Below, piece by piece: positions 9,925 to 20,576 of a DNA stretch of 64,000 nucleotides. Both the position numbers and the translations under genes were made by a program. This stretch comes from Promethearchaeota archaeon Loki_b32 (lineage in GTDB: Archaea > Asgardarchaeota > Lokiarchaeia > Sigyniarchaeales > SOKP01): the NCBI GenBank assembly GCA_005223125.1, contig NJBH01000012.1, positions 41,074 to 105,073 on the forward strand, read 5' to 3'. Below the pieces are notes generated by a model, which saw nothing but the letters and a program-made list of their open reading frames with translations, searched no databases and was not told the DNA's origin. Position 1 is the stretch's first letter; every line of letters starts with the position of its first letter.

Positions 9925-10719
9925 CTAAAAATACATTCTAATTGCTAAGCCCATCAACACAGCTGCGACTAAAAATTGTAAATAACTTCTAGGAATTTTT
10001 CCAGAAATTTTTGCCCCAAAAATGGAGCCTGAAATCGCCCCTACTCCAATTAAAATTCCAAATAAATAGTTTATTTGACCTATAATACTTTTAGCTATAG
10101 TATTATATATTGCTGTGAAGAATATTATCCCTGTAGATATTGCTGTGGCATTATGAATGGGATATAAAAGAATAATATGAAGAGAAGGAGTATTGATAAT
10201 ACCCCCTCCAATTCCTAATAAATTAGCGGTAAACCCTGCCAAAAAAAATAAGGGTATTGACTTTCTGAGATTAGTTTGATAGTCATGATTATGCAGCATA
10301 AAATTATTTTCAAATTCTTCTTGAGATAGATTAATCCTTCTAGATTTAAGTGCTTTATATGCCATGTTTGTTCCAGCTATTAGTAATGTTGTAGCAAATA
10401 TCATTTTTAAAATATTTTCATCTAAATCAACGAAAGTGAATAATACCGTACTCACAAAGCTTCCTAAAATCGAAAATGAAGAAAAAATAGCAACTTGTTT
10501 AATATGCAGTCTTTCTTCTTTGAAATAAATTAAAAATCCTGCCCCAGAAGAAATTAATATTATGAAAACAGAAGTATCTACAGCGACGTTTATTGGAATA
10601 AAAAAAAGAAGAACTAATGTGCTTACAAAAAAAACTCCACCCCCTATACCAACAATAGAGCTTATGGTTCCGAAAAGAAATCCTGCTATTAATAGGATAA
10701 TAACTACGACAGTATCCAT
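9925..10719 (-). CDS. TauE/SafE family (TSUP) transporter
   Basis: Two repeats of GIGGG within transmembrane helices. Confidence 0.9.
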   Translation of the reverse strand: MDTVVVIILLIAGFLFGTISSIVGIGGGVFFVSTLVLLFFIPINVAVDTSVFIILISSGAGFLIYFKEERLHIKQVAIFSSFSILGSFVSTVLFTFVDLDENILKMIFATTLLIAGTNMAYKALKSRRINLSQEEFENNFMLHNHDYQTNLRKSIPLFFLAGFTANLLGIGGGIINTPSLHIILLYPIHNATAISTGIIFFTAIYNTIAKSIIGQINYLFGILIGVGAISGSIFGAKISGKIPRSYLQFLVAAVLMGLAIRMYF

Positions 10720-11019
10720 ATAATGTGAAATACCTTAAGCTATTATTAGTTTTCTAAAAATTAAGGCCTAATTGATGAAAAATTTAGTCTCATGTTAATC
10801 ATCATTCCCTAACTTCAACTTATTGAAATGATGATGATTAATAACATTTAATTTTATAAAAAATTAAAATTATCTATTTATCTTTATTATAAGAGACTTC
10901 TTAAATTATAATTGCTTCTTAAGAAATCTAACTTCTAAATAGAATAATAATATATTATTAAGACAAGATTAAAATTATAGATAAATTATTATAAAATAAA
11001 ATTCACTTCTCTCCTAAAT

Positions 11020-11409
11020 ATGCCCGATTCTGACAACGATAAATTTGTTTTAAAGCTTGTACCGTGTTCTCGTTGTGGAAACCCTTTTATGATTAAAAAT
11101 AATCAAAAAAATTCGGGCGAAATATTTTGTGATAATTGTATAAAATTAGAACAAAGAAAAAAGCAATTAGCTTCCTCTGTACTTGAATCTCAGAAAGAAA
11201 TTAAAACTTCTATTAAAGAATATGAAAATAAATTAGAATCAGCAGATTCACCAGATACAAAAAAAGCTTATTATGAAAAAATCAAAAAACAGTCTGAAAT
11301 TTTGACTAAATCGGTTGAGCTCCTCAAAAAAATTGAAGAAACTAATAATGAGAAATATATCGAAGAATACAAACGACTATTCGAAAAAATGAAAAAGGAA
11401 AGTTCATAA
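11020..11409 (+). CDS. Zinc-finger (CxxC...CxxC) plus coiled-coil protein
   Basis: CSRC...CDNC followed by a K/E-rich helical region. Confidence 0.65.
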   Translation: MPDSDNDKFVLKLVPCSRCGNPFMIKNNQKNSGEIFCDNCIKLEQRKKQLASSVLESQKEIKTSIKEYENKLESADSPDTKKAYYEKIKKQSEILTKSVELLKKIEETNNEKYIEEYKRLFEKMKKESS

Positions 11410-11428
11410 AAGATCCTTGTAATAACCA

Positions 11429-12190
11429 TTATTTCTTTATAAAAATTAAACCTATATTTCGGATTCTATTTGTAGAATTATATTTAGCATCTAATTTCAT
11501 GAACTTAGAAAGAATATTGACAATAACATTCCAAAACTTTCGGAACACAATATTGGATTCATATTTATTTCTCAAGTTTATAAGATTCTGTTCTATTTTT
11601 TTTGGATTCGTGGATTGAATGTCTGCAATCATCATCAATCTACCATATACACCAAAAGTTTTGAGATTAATTAGATTGAATTTATTGAAACTGTTAATAA
11701 TTTGGCTTATTTCATAACGTCTGTAATGACCTATTATTATATCTTGTGTTGTGTAATATTTCATTCTGTGAGGTACTGTTATTACAGCTATCCCATTTTT
11801 CTTCAGAATCCTGCTTATTTCTGATACAGCTAATTTATCATCTCTAATATGTTCTAACACATCAAGAACACTTACAAAATCAAAAGTCTCTTCTCTATAG
11901 GGTAATTTTACTAGATCGCCGCACATAGGATGCCATGTTTTTCCATCTGTATATTGCGTTAAAGGAAGGCTGGCAATATCAAAAAAAGATTTGTGTTTAA
12001 TATTATCTAAAAAAGAGAGAATAGAATTTCCAGATGAACCAAGGTCAATACCACATAAGAATTTTCTTTTTGTGTTAATATTATCTTTCAAAAGATCAAA
12101 TTTACATCTTATTCCAGGAGATAAATAATATTCTGATAATGTTCTAAAAGAAAAATTCTTATGCTCATCGTAAAAATCCTTGATTCTCAA
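11429..12190 (-). CDS. Class I SAM-dependent methyltransferase (type 11)
   Basis: GDLVKLPY..TFDFVSVLDVLEHI, RILKKNG, VP...GHYRRY. Confidence 0.85.
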   Translation of the reverse strand: MRIKDFYDEHKNFSFRTLSEYYLSPGIRCKFDLLKDNINTKRKFLCGIDLGSSGNSILSFLDNIKHKSFFDIASLPLTQYTDGKTWHPMCGDLVKLPYREETFDFVSVLDVLEHIRDDKLAVSEISRILKKNGIAVITVPHRMKYYTTQDIIIGHYRRYEISQIINSFNKFNLINLKTFGVYGRLMMIADIQSTNPKKIEQNLINLRNKYESNIVFRKFWNVIVNILSKFMKLDAKYNSTNRIRNIGLIFIKK

Positions 12191-12280
12191 AATAGTGTGG
12201 TCATTAAATTTATTACTATATTTAAAAAAAGTGTAATATTAAAATTAAACATCGATTAACTTAAAAAAATTATTTTAAAA

Positions 12281-12688
12281 ATGATTCAGCTTAGTGTATA
12301 TTTGGAAGATAGACCAGGCGAACTTGCTAATTTTATTAAACTTTTAATGGATAATAAAATTTTTATACGAGCTCTAACTGTGGCAAAAACAAGTGAATAT
12401 GGGTTAATATTAATTTTGGTCGATAATCCTGAAAAATGTATTAATCTTTTGGAAGACAGAGATTTCCTCTTATCTACTACTGATGTAATTGCTGTTAGAT
12501 TAAATGATCGTCCTTATGCTTTATACGAAATTCCAAAGACATTAGGCGAAAATGATATCAATATTGATTACTTTTATTCTACTTTAATAAAAGATGAATC
12601 TATGCTTATTTTACGTGTTGAAGATACGATAATAGAAGAAGCTATAAATCTCCTTGAGAAAACGGGATTTCCTATAGTTGAAAAATAG
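12281..12688 (+). CDS. Tandem ACT-domain protein
   Basis: QLSVYLEDRPGEL...IRAL and DRP...ENDINIDYFY, typical of double-ACT proteins. Confidence 0.85.
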   Translation: MIQLSVYLEDRPGELANFIKLLMDNKIFIRALTVAKTSEYGLILILVDNPEKCINLLEDRDFLLSTTDVIAVRLNDRPYALYEIPKTLGENDINIDYFYSTLIKDESMLILRVEDTIIEEAINLLEKTGFPIVEK

Positions 12689-12825
12689 AAATTAATTTAA
12701 GATTCTTAAGTATTTTCTCCCATTTTATTCCCAATTAAATTGATATTTTAATTGAATAATAAAACTTAAGAATTTTACGTAATTTAAAGGTATACAGTTA
12801 AATTAGTAACAATAAGGTAAGAAAC

Positions 12826-14010
12826 ATGAGTATTAAGTTTACTGAAGAACAAGAGATGATCCGTGAATCGGTAAGAGAATTTGCGCAAAGTAAAATTGCG
12901 CCAATAGCTCTTCAAATGGAAGAGACTAAGGAAATTCCGAGAGATGTCGTCAAAGGAATGGCAGAATTAGGACTTATGACGTGTACTGCAGATGAAAAGT
13001 ATGGTGGCGCTGGATTAGATGCTGTAAGTGCTGGTGTTATCGCAGAAGAATTAGCAAAAGCAGATTGTACTGGTTCTACATGTGTATATTACTTGGTTCC
13101 CGCATCATGGGGTTTTCTTTTGAATAAATACGGAACAGAAGAAGCAAAACAAGAGATATTCCCTAAAACTGTCTCGGGAGAGTGGTTTCTTGGAATAGCT
13201 ACAACTGAAAGTGATGCTGGTTCTGATGTAGGAGCTACTAAGACAACAATAAAACCAGATGGAGATGGATTTGTTGTGAACGGTGAAAAAATGTATATTA
13301 GTGGAGTAAGAGAGGCAGTTACGCATGGGGGGGGACATATCACAATTGCCCATCAAACTCCTGAGCGTGGGACAAGGGGTATGACTACATTTTATTTACC
13401 ATTAACAGCTGAAGGAATTACTCCTACTTATATAGACGACTTAGGTAGAGAGGGGATTTCATGTGGTGGTTTCAGTATAGATAATGTAAAAATCCCTAAA
13501 CATTATATATTAGGAGAAGAAAACAAAGGATTCTATATACTCCATGAAGGATATGAATATGCAAGGGCATTAATTTCTGTTATTTGCGCATCCGCCGGTT
13601 TAAAATCGTTAGAAAACGGAATGAATTATATTAAAGAACGAAAATCCTTTGGAAAACCTTTAGCACAATACCAAGAAATTAACTTTAGATTAGCTGAACA
13701 TTATACAAAATTGAATATGCTAAGGGATTTGGGTTATAAAGCTTTAAAAACTATTGATTTAGAACAAGCAGGCAAGGTAGGTAGATTCGAAACAAGCAAT
13801 ATTGTGGCTCAAGCGAAAATGTTCTGCTCAGATTGGGCTTGCGAAGCAATAAATGATGTCATGCAGTGGCAGGGTGCTTTTGGATATTCACGAGAATGCC
13901 CTGATCAAGCTGCATGGAGAGCTGTTAGATCATTCTCACTTGCAGAAGGAACCAAAGAAATAATGAAGATGATTGTAGCAAGAGAACTACTTGGTAAGAA
14001 ACAATATTAA
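12826..14010 (+). CDS. Acyl-CoA dehydrogenase
   Basis: TESDAGSD, VNGEKMYIS, RKSFGKPL, GAFGY...AEGTKEIM (catalytic Glu position). Confidence 0.95.
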   Translation: MSIKFTEEQEMIRESVREFAQSKIAPIALQMEETKEIPRDVVKGMAELGLMTCTADEKYGGAGLDAVSAGVIAEELAKADCTGSTCVYYLVPASWGFLLNKYGTEEAKQEIFPKTVSGEWFLGIATTESDAGSDVGATKTTIKPDGDGFVVNGEKMYISGVREAVTHGGGHITIAHQTPERGTRGMTTFYLPLTAEGITPTYIDDLGREGISCGGFSIDNVKIPKHYILGEENKGFYILHEGYEYARALISVICASAGLKSLENGMNYIKERKSFGKPLAQYQEINFRLAEHYTKLNMLRDLGYKALKTIDLEQAGKVGRFETSNIVAQAKMFCSDWACEAINDVMQWQGAFGYSRECPDQAAWRAVRSFSLAEGTKEIMKMIVARELLGKKQY

Positions 14011-14099
14011 TTAACTTTTTTTTATATTTTTAATATTACTATTTAACTCTTATAAGATTGAGATTGATTTTATTATCATAATTTAATTTTGATGAAACT

Positions 14100-14888
14100 A
14101 TGAGATTTATCGTATGTGTAAAACAAGTTCCTGACACAACTGAAGTTAAGATAGATCCTGAGACTAACACCTTGATAAGAGAGGGTGTACCCAGCATTTT
14201 AAATCCTTTTGATCAGTTTGCTCTTGAAGAGGCAATTAAAATTAAACAAGAAGGTGATGAGATTATCGTGATTTCTATGGGTCCACCTCAAGCTAAAAAA
14301 GCTTTATTGAAGTGTCTCGCATTAGGAGCAGATAAAGCAATCTTGCTTAGTGATAGAATATTTGCTGGAGCTGATACTTGGGCGACTTCCTATACTCTTA
14401 CTCGGTGTATCAAAAAAATTGGTGATTTTAATATTATATTTTGTGGTTTACAAGCCATTGATGGAGATACCGCCCAAGTAGGTCCCGAAATTGCAGCTCA
14501 ATTAGGGATTCCACAGATAACATATTGTGAAAGTGTTGAAAAATTAGAAGGTAAAAAATTAACAGCAAAAGTTCAAACAGATGATGGGTACAAAATTGTA
14601 GAAACAAGACTTCCTATACTTATAACTGGAATTACTCCATCTTCATTTGAGCCAACAAACCCCCCCATGATGAGTATAATGAAAGCAAATAAAAAACCAT
14701 TTTCTACATGGGATGCTAATGAGCTTGGGGGTAGTAAGGATAATTATGGATTGAATGGTTCATTAACTGAAGTTATTAAAGTTTATTCCCCACCGGCACG
14801 ACAGCAGGGTGTTGTTATTGATGAGGAAACTGCTGAAACAGCGGTTCAAAAATTAATCGATTTATTATCTAAAGATAAGGTGATTTAG
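14100..14888 (+). CDS. etfB: Electron transfer flavoprotein beta subunit
   Basis: VCVKQVPD, NPFD, GADTWAT, QAIDGDTAQVGP. Confidence 0.95.
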   Translation: MRFIVCVKQVPDTTEVKIDPETNTLIREGVPSILNPFDQFALEEAIKIKQEGDEIIVISMGPPQAKKALLKCLALGADKAILLSDRIFAGADTWATSYTLTRCIKKIGDFNIIFCGLQAIDGDTAQVGPEIAAQLGIPQITYCESVEKLEGKKLTAKVQTDDGYKIVETRLPILITGITPSSFEPTNPPMMSIMKANKKPFSTWDANELGGSKDNYGLNGSLTEVIKVYSPPARQQGVVIDEETAETAVQKLIDLLSKDKVI

Positions 14889-14889
14889 T

Positions 14890-16083
14890 TTGATAAATGT
14901 AGATAAGGAAAAGTGTACTGGATGTGAATTATGTGAAAAAGCATGTCCATTTGGAGCAATAACAATTGTAGAAAAAATTGCAGTAATCGGAGATGAATGC
15001 ACTCTTTGTGGTGCTTGTGTCGATCAATGTAATGTGGGGGCAATTACAATTCAACGGAAAAAAATTGAAGATATTGACTTATCGCGGTATCAAGATATAT
15101 GGATCGTTGCTGAGATAAAAGACGACAAGGTTAGAAATGTATCTTTTGAGTTGTTAGGTAAGGCAAAAGAACTTGCAGATGAATTAAAACAAAAAGTTTG
15201 TGTCTTACTTTTAGGAGATAATGTAAAAAAATTCGCTCAAGATTTTTCAAACCGAGGGGCTAACAGAATATATATAGCTGAACATGAAGCTCTTAAAGAT
15301 TATTATACTGAAACTTATTCTTCTGTGGTTACTGGTATAATCTCAAAATACAAACCAAATATTGTTCTATATCCCGCAACTATAAATGGAAGGGATTTAG
15401 CGCCAAGAGTGGCTGCTACTCTTGAGTTAGGGCTTACTGCCGACTGTACTGGGTTATCTATACACGATGGCTTATTATTACAAACAAGACCTGCGTTTGG
15501 TGGAAACATAATGGCAGATATTATTTGTCCTGCTACACGCCCACAAATGGCAACAGTTAGACCTAATGTTATGGAAATGGCATCAATCCAAGACAGTAAT
15601 AATGCAGAAATCATTGATATACCTGTAAATATAGATCTTCAAGGAGTGAAGGTAAAAACTAAAGAAGTAATCAGTGAAACTGCTTCTGAGTGTGGTATTC
15701 CCGTTTGCGAAGCAGATACTATTGTATCTGGAGGAAGAGGGGTAGGTAGTAAGGAGAATTTTAAATTAATTGAGGATTTAGCTAAAGTTTTAAATGCAGC
15801 TGTGGGAGCAAGTAGAGCTGCAGTGGACTTGGGATGGATTCCAAAATCACAACAAGTAGGACAAAGTGGAACCACAGTCTCTCCAAAGATTTACATCGCA
15901 TGTGGAATATCAGGGACAATCCAACATTTAGTTGGAATGAAAAGTAGTGATATAATTATTGCGATAAATAAAGATCCTGAAGCTACGATATTTAACGTAG
16001 CAAATTATGGAATTGTAGGCGATTTGTGCGAAGTTGTACCATTATTAACGAAAGCTTTAAAGAAAAAATTATGTGAAGATTAA
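14890..16083 (+). CDS. etfA: ETF alpha subunit with N-terminal 2x[4Fe-4S] ferredoxin domain
   Basis: CxxCxxCxxxCP and CxxCxxCxxxC; GLTADCT, QTRPAFGG, GGRG, QVGQSG, GISGTIQH. Confidence 0.95.
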   Translation: MINVDKEKCTGCELCEKACPFGAITIVEKIAVIGDECTLCGACVDQCNVGAITIQRKKIEDIDLSRYQDIWIVAEIKDDKVRNVSFELLGKAKELADELKQKVCVLLLGDNVKKFAQDFSNRGANRIYIAEHEALKDYYTETYSSVVTGIISKYKPNIVLYPATINGRDLAPRVAATLELGLTADCTGLSIHDGLLLQTRPAFGGNIMADIICPATRPQMATVRPNVMEMASIQDSNNAEIIDIPVNIDLQGVKVKTKEVISETASECGIPVCEADTIVSGGRGVGSKENFKLIEDLAKVLNAAVGASRAAVDLGWIPKSQQVGQSGTTVSPKIYIACGISGTIQHLVGMKSSDIIIAINKDPEATIFNVANYGIVGDLCEVVPLLTKALKKKLCED

Positions 16084-16144
16084 TAAAAAATTTTTTTATC
16101 AAGTCTTTTTTAAATTAAGTTTTTTTCGAATCTGAATGTAATTT

Positions 16145-16348
16145 GTGTTGGTGAAAGCCCATTTTACAGAAGCTATTAATAAGCTTGAAAAATACATGTC
16201 TAGAGAAGAAGCCGAAAAGTTTTGGCAAATTATGAATGAGTGGGCGAAATGGGTGAAAATTACTCTTAACCCAGAACGAATGGCATCGTGTGATTATGAT
16301 AAAGATGATAAATGGCAAGAACTGCTAAATAAAATGGGATGGGAGTGA
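16145..16348 (+). pseudogene. Short ORF, probably the C-terminal remnant of a PNPOx/PPOX-like flavin-binding protein
   Basis: LEKY...WVKITLNPERMASCDY resembles the last strands of PNPOx-fold proteins; no N-terminal half present. Confidence 0.35.
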
Positions 16349-16349
16349 A

Positions 16350-18893
16350 TTAAAAAAGATCATCATCAAGATCCTCATTACCTTCTGGGAATCTTCCGAA
16401 TTCTAGCATGAATTGTTGAAGTAATTCACTCTCTCTTTTTGTGTACATCGGATCTTCATCATAATCAAAATAACAAGCTTTCGAATTTGTTAACAATTGT
16501 TCTTCCAATCCTAAACGTAAATTAGGGGTTCCTTGTATTAAGATTATTTCTTGATTCTCATTTAAGATTTGAATAGCACCCTCAGTTTCGGGTACATTTT
16601 GTATATTTTCAGAAGTTAGTTCTATCCATTTTTGAGGCGGGAGTTCTACAGCTGAGATTTCAAAACGTAAATCACATCTTAAACATCTATTAGCTTCTTC
16701 TAGAGCTAAATTTTCATCAAAACCCAGTTCAATTTCACTAAAACTACTTTGGCGTTCTTTTAGTGATAAGAGTGGCATTTGTACACGTGGTTTATCATAA
16801 AAACTTTCATCACGTCCCAACCAAGGGTTTGGAGTATCAGGTTCAACAAATAAATCTTCTATTTCGCAATTTCCTCCTAAATATCTATCAATTGAAGAAG
16901 CAGCCTTTCGTCCCATTTCAATTGCATCTACTATAGAACTAGGACTACTTGTAACTTCACCACCAGCAAATATACCCGGAATATTCGTCTCTAATGTTCT
17001 CTCTTTTGTTTGAATTAATCCTCCGGTGGAAATTTTGATTTGACTTTCACTTCCTAAAAGAGATAAATCAGGGATTTGCCCTATAGCCATTATTACCATT
17101 TCGGTTTTAATAGATTTTGTATTGGTTTCGTCAAATATGGGACTAAATAAGTTATTAACATCAAATACCGAATCACAATGGATAAGTTCAATTTCAGAGA
17201 CCTCACCATTCGAGTCAATAACCCTTTTCGGTCCCCATGAACAATTAAGCGTGATGCCTTCGTCTATCGCTTTCTGAATCTCCCATTCATGTGCTGGCAT
17301 GTCTTCTCTGCACTCTAGGCAAGCCAATTGTACCTCTTTAGCTCCTAATCTTTTAGCTGTTAAAGCTACATCAACAGCTACATTACCTCCACCGATCACA
17401 ATGACATTATCGGTTACCTTAACTTCTTCACCAAGATTAACTTTTTTAAGAAAATCTAGACCCCAGAGGATATTTTGTAAATTGGAACCCTCTACATTAA
17501 GCTTTTTAGTATTTTGAGCACCAATCGCCAAAAAAGTAGCATCAAAACCCTTTTCAACTAAATCATCAAGTGTTAAGTGTTCTCCTATAACCTTATCTGT
17601 TTGAATATCAATTCCCAGGCTTAATATATAGTCAAGATCTTTTTGAAGGACGGTTCTTGGTAATCGATATTCAGGAATTCCTACTCTTAACATACCTCCT
17701 ATATAGGAATTAGTTTCAAAAACAGTAACCAAATGTCCAAGTCTTCTCAAATAATATGCTACTGTGAGACCTGAAGGACCAGAGCCTACTACAGCTATCT
17801 TTTTCCCTGTTGAAGAACCTATTTTTAATTTAGGTTTCCATAATTCATTATCATAATCCATTGCAAAACGTTTTAGTGCACAGATAGCAATAGGATCATT
17901 AAGTTGGTTTCGACGGCATTCAAGTTCACAATCATGAAAACAAACTCTTCCTAGAACTGAAGGAAATGGCGTTTTTTCTCGGACGACTGCTGCTGCTTCA
18001 GCATACTTTTTCTCTGAAATGAATCGAATATATCGTGGTACATTAATGCCTAATGGACATGCTTCTCTACAAGGAACAAGCAGTTTTTCACGTTCAGCCC
18101 AAAGGATATCTTTATCTGTAAGTGCTCCTGTTGGACAAACTTCAATACAAGCTCCACAAAATTTACAACCCGATTCCTTGAGTGAAGGTGCAAGACTCCC
18201 TACTATGGTTTCTCCATTTGAATAAACAAATCCTAACGCTTCGATACCACGAACATCTTTACAAACTCTAACGCATCTAGTACATCCGATACATAACTCG
18301 TAATTTCGGATAAAAAGTGGTTCATCTTCAATAATCACACGTCCTTGGGGTTTATAACGTGAAGTATCTTCTCGAATTCCAATATATTCTGCAACTTTTT
18401 GTAATTCGCATCGTCCTATTATTGGACAACATCTTTCATCTACGGGAACATTAGGTGAACATGGCTCACGAGGGCAACCTTCGCGTTGCGCACAAATTAA
18501 ACATGCATGAGGATGCTTTGAAAGTATAGTCACCAACTTTTCTCGACGTAAGGCTTGAATCTCTGGTGAATCAGTTGAAATTTTCATCCCTTCTTCTATA
18601 ATCGTACTACAAGATGTCTGTAATCCTTCATTTCCTTCTATTTTTACAACACATAGTTGACATCCCTGATGTTCTTGGGGTGAATTACCTGATTTATCAT
18701 TTTCGAATTTATTTTTTCCTTGGAAAACATGATCAGTCGGCTTCAATCCTACCAGAGTCGGTAAATCGGGGTGAGCACAAAGACTAGGGATATAAACTCC
18801 TGCTTTTAAAGACGCTTCTAAAATTGTACTCCCTTTCTTAGCTTCAACTTTTGTTCCATCAATTGTGATTGTATTTGTTTCCATATTAAACAC
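16350..18893 (-). CDS. bzdV: BzdV-like NAD(P)H:ferredoxin oxidoreductase (NuoG-like Fe-S + GltD-like FAD domain + C-terminal extra domain)
   Basis: IPSLC 2Fe-2S domain, several CxxCxxC motifs, PCREACP, GSGPSG, GMLRVGIPEYRLP, GGGNVA, EANRCLRC; located at the end of the bzd cluster. Confidence 0.75.
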   Translation of the reverse strand: MFNMETNTITIDGTKVEAKKGSTILEASLKAGVYIPSLCAHPDLPTLVGLKPTDHVFQGKNKFENDKSGNSPQEHQGCQLCVVKIEGNEGLQTSCSTIIEEGMKISTDSPEIQALRREKLVTILSKHPHACLICAQREGCPREPCSPNVPVDERCCPIIGRCELQKVAEYIGIREDTSRYKPQGRVIIEDEPLFIRNYELCIGCTRCVRVCKDVRGIEALGFVYSNGETIVGSLAPSLKESGCKFCGACIEVCPTGALTDKDILWAEREKLLVPCREACPLGINVPRYIRFISEKKYAEAAAVVREKTPFPSVLGRVCFHDCELECRRNQLNDPIAICALKRFAMDYDNELWKPKLKIGSSTGKKIAVVGSGPSGLTVAYYLRRLGHLVTVFETNSYIGGMLRVGIPEYRLPRTVLQKDLDYILSLGIDIQTDKVIGEHLTLDDLVEKGFDATFLAIGAQNTKKLNVEGSNLQNILWGLDFLKKVNLGEEVKVTDNVIVIGGGNVAVDVALTAKRLGAKEVQLACLECREDMPAHEWEIQKAIDEGITLNCSWGPKRVIDSNGEVSEIELIHCDSVFDVNNLFSPIFDETNTKSIKTEMVIMAIGQIPDLSLLGSESQIKISTGGLIQTKERTLETNIPGIFAGGEVTSSPSSIVDAIEMGRKAASSIDRYLGGNCEIEDLFVEPDTPNPWLGRDESFYDKPRVQMPLLSLKERQSSFSEIELGFDENLALEEANRCLRCDLRFEISAVELPPQKWIELTSENIQNVPETEGAIQILNENQEIILIQGTPNLRLGLEEQLLTNSKACYFDYDEDPMYTKRESELLQQFMLEFGRFPEGNEDLDDDLF

Positions 18894-19127
18894 TCTCTAA
18901 ATATAATTAACCATAAAATTAATTACTTTTTTTCCCCATAATATTAATTTTTAATTGTTTCATTTCGTTTCTCGAAAGAACTTCAGTATATAAGGATCAA
19001 TTTTTACTATTTGATAAGAATTTCGAGAAAAAAAAGATGAATATTTTCATAAAGAATTATAAGAGTGTAAACACGATTTTATAATAAAACCATACAATCA
19101 ACTTAATAAATAATGTGAGCTAAACTA

Positions 19128-20531
19128 ATGAACAGATTTTTAGATGAGAATTTTCTTTTACAAACAGAAACGGCAAGGAAACTTTATCACGAGTACGCAG
19201 AAAGGATGCCTATTTTTGATTATCATTGTCATCTACCTGTGAAAGATATTGCTAATGATATCTGTTTTGATAACCTAAGTCAAGCATGGCTAGCTGGAGA
19301 TCATTATAAATGGCGTTTGATGCGCAGTAATGGCATAGCTGAGAAATTCTGTACTGGTGATGCTACCGATTATGAAAAATTTGAAAAATGGGCAGAAACA
19401 GTTCCATTAGCAATCCGCAATCCATTGTATCACTGGACTCATTTGGAACTTCAAAGATATTTTAATATAAGTGATTTATTAAGCCCAAAGACATGTAAAA
19501 ATATTTACGATCATTGTTCAAGGATGCTTCAATCGCCAGAATTCTCAGTTCGGAATTTACTACTTAAAATGAATGTAAAACTTATCTGTACAACAGATGA
19601 TCCAATTGATTCTTTGGATTATCATAAAAAAATTAAGGATGATGGCTTTAGGGTTAAAGTTCTTCCTACTTTCAGACCAGACAAGGCTATGGCTGTAAAT
19701 AACAGTGCTGGATATAACAATTATATTTCCAAATTAAGAGGAATCTCTGGAATTGATATAAAAAATTTTACAAGTTTGATGGAAGCATTAGAAATTCGTC
19801 ATAAATATTTTCATGATAGGGGTTGTCGAGTTGCCGACCATGGAATCTTGTCTTTCTATGCTGAAAGTTATACAGATGTGGAAATAGAAAAAATAACTAA
19901 TAAGGTTCTTTTAGGGAGAGAACTATCTGAGATGGAAATTTCTAAATTTAAATCTGCATTTCTCTATGAAATTGCTAGATTAAATCATAAACGTGGGTGG
20001 GTACAACAGTTTCATGTTGGAGCACTTCGTAATATTAACACTCGATTATTCAACGAACTTGGACCTGATATTGGATGTGATTCGATAGGTGATCGCAACT
20101 ATGGAGAAGAAATGGCTAGATTTTTAGATAAACTTGATCAATCACAAGAGCTTACAAAAACTATACTGTATAATTTGAATCCTCGAGACAATGAATTAAT
20201 TGCAGCTATGACTGGTAATTTTCAAGATGGATCTTTTCCCGGCAAAATGCAATTTGGTCCCAGTTGGTGGTTTTTAGATCAAATTGATGGGATGACCAAA
20301 CAAATTAATAATCTCTCTAATTTTGGATTGTTGGGGCGTTTTATTGGCATGACTACGGATTCTCGAAGCTTTTTATCATTTCCAAGGCATGAATATTTTC
20401 GTAGAATATTATGCAATTTGATCGGAGCGGATGTTGAAAATGGAGAAATTCCCTCTGATATGAACTTAATTGGAGATGTAATTGAAAATATATGTTATAA
20501 TAATGCGGTTAATTATTTTAAATTATTGTAG
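19128..20531 (+). CDS. uxaC: Glucuronate (uronate) isomerase
   Basis: DYHCHL, DHYKWR, NPLYHWTHLEL, TTDDP, WWFLD, TDSRSFLSFPRHEYFRR. Confidence 0.97.
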   Translation: MNRFLDENFLLQTETARKLYHEYAERMPIFDYHCHLPVKDIANDICFDNLSQAWLAGDHYKWRLMRSNGIAEKFCTGDATDYEKFEKWAETVPLAIRNPLYHWTHLELQRYFNISDLLSPKTCKNIYDHCSRMLQSPEFSVRNLLLKMNVKLICTTDDPIDSLDYHKKIKDDGFRVKVLPTFRPDKAMAVNNSAGYNNYISKLRGISGIDIKNFTSLMEALEIRHKYFHDRGCRVADHGILSFYAESYTDVEIEKITNKVLLGRELSEMEISKFKSAFLYEIARLNHKRGWVQQFHVGALRNINTRLFNELGPDIGCDSIGDRNYGEEMARFLDKLDQSQELTKTILYNLNPRDNELIAAMTGNFQDGSFPGKMQFGPSWWFLDQIDGMTKQINNLSNFGLLGRFIGMTTDSRSFLSFPRHEYFRRILCNLIGADVENGEIPSDMNLIGDVIENICYNNAVNYFKLL

Positions 20532-20576
20532 TTATATCGAATTTAAAAAATAAGTAAAAAAGAAAGGATCTTTATC

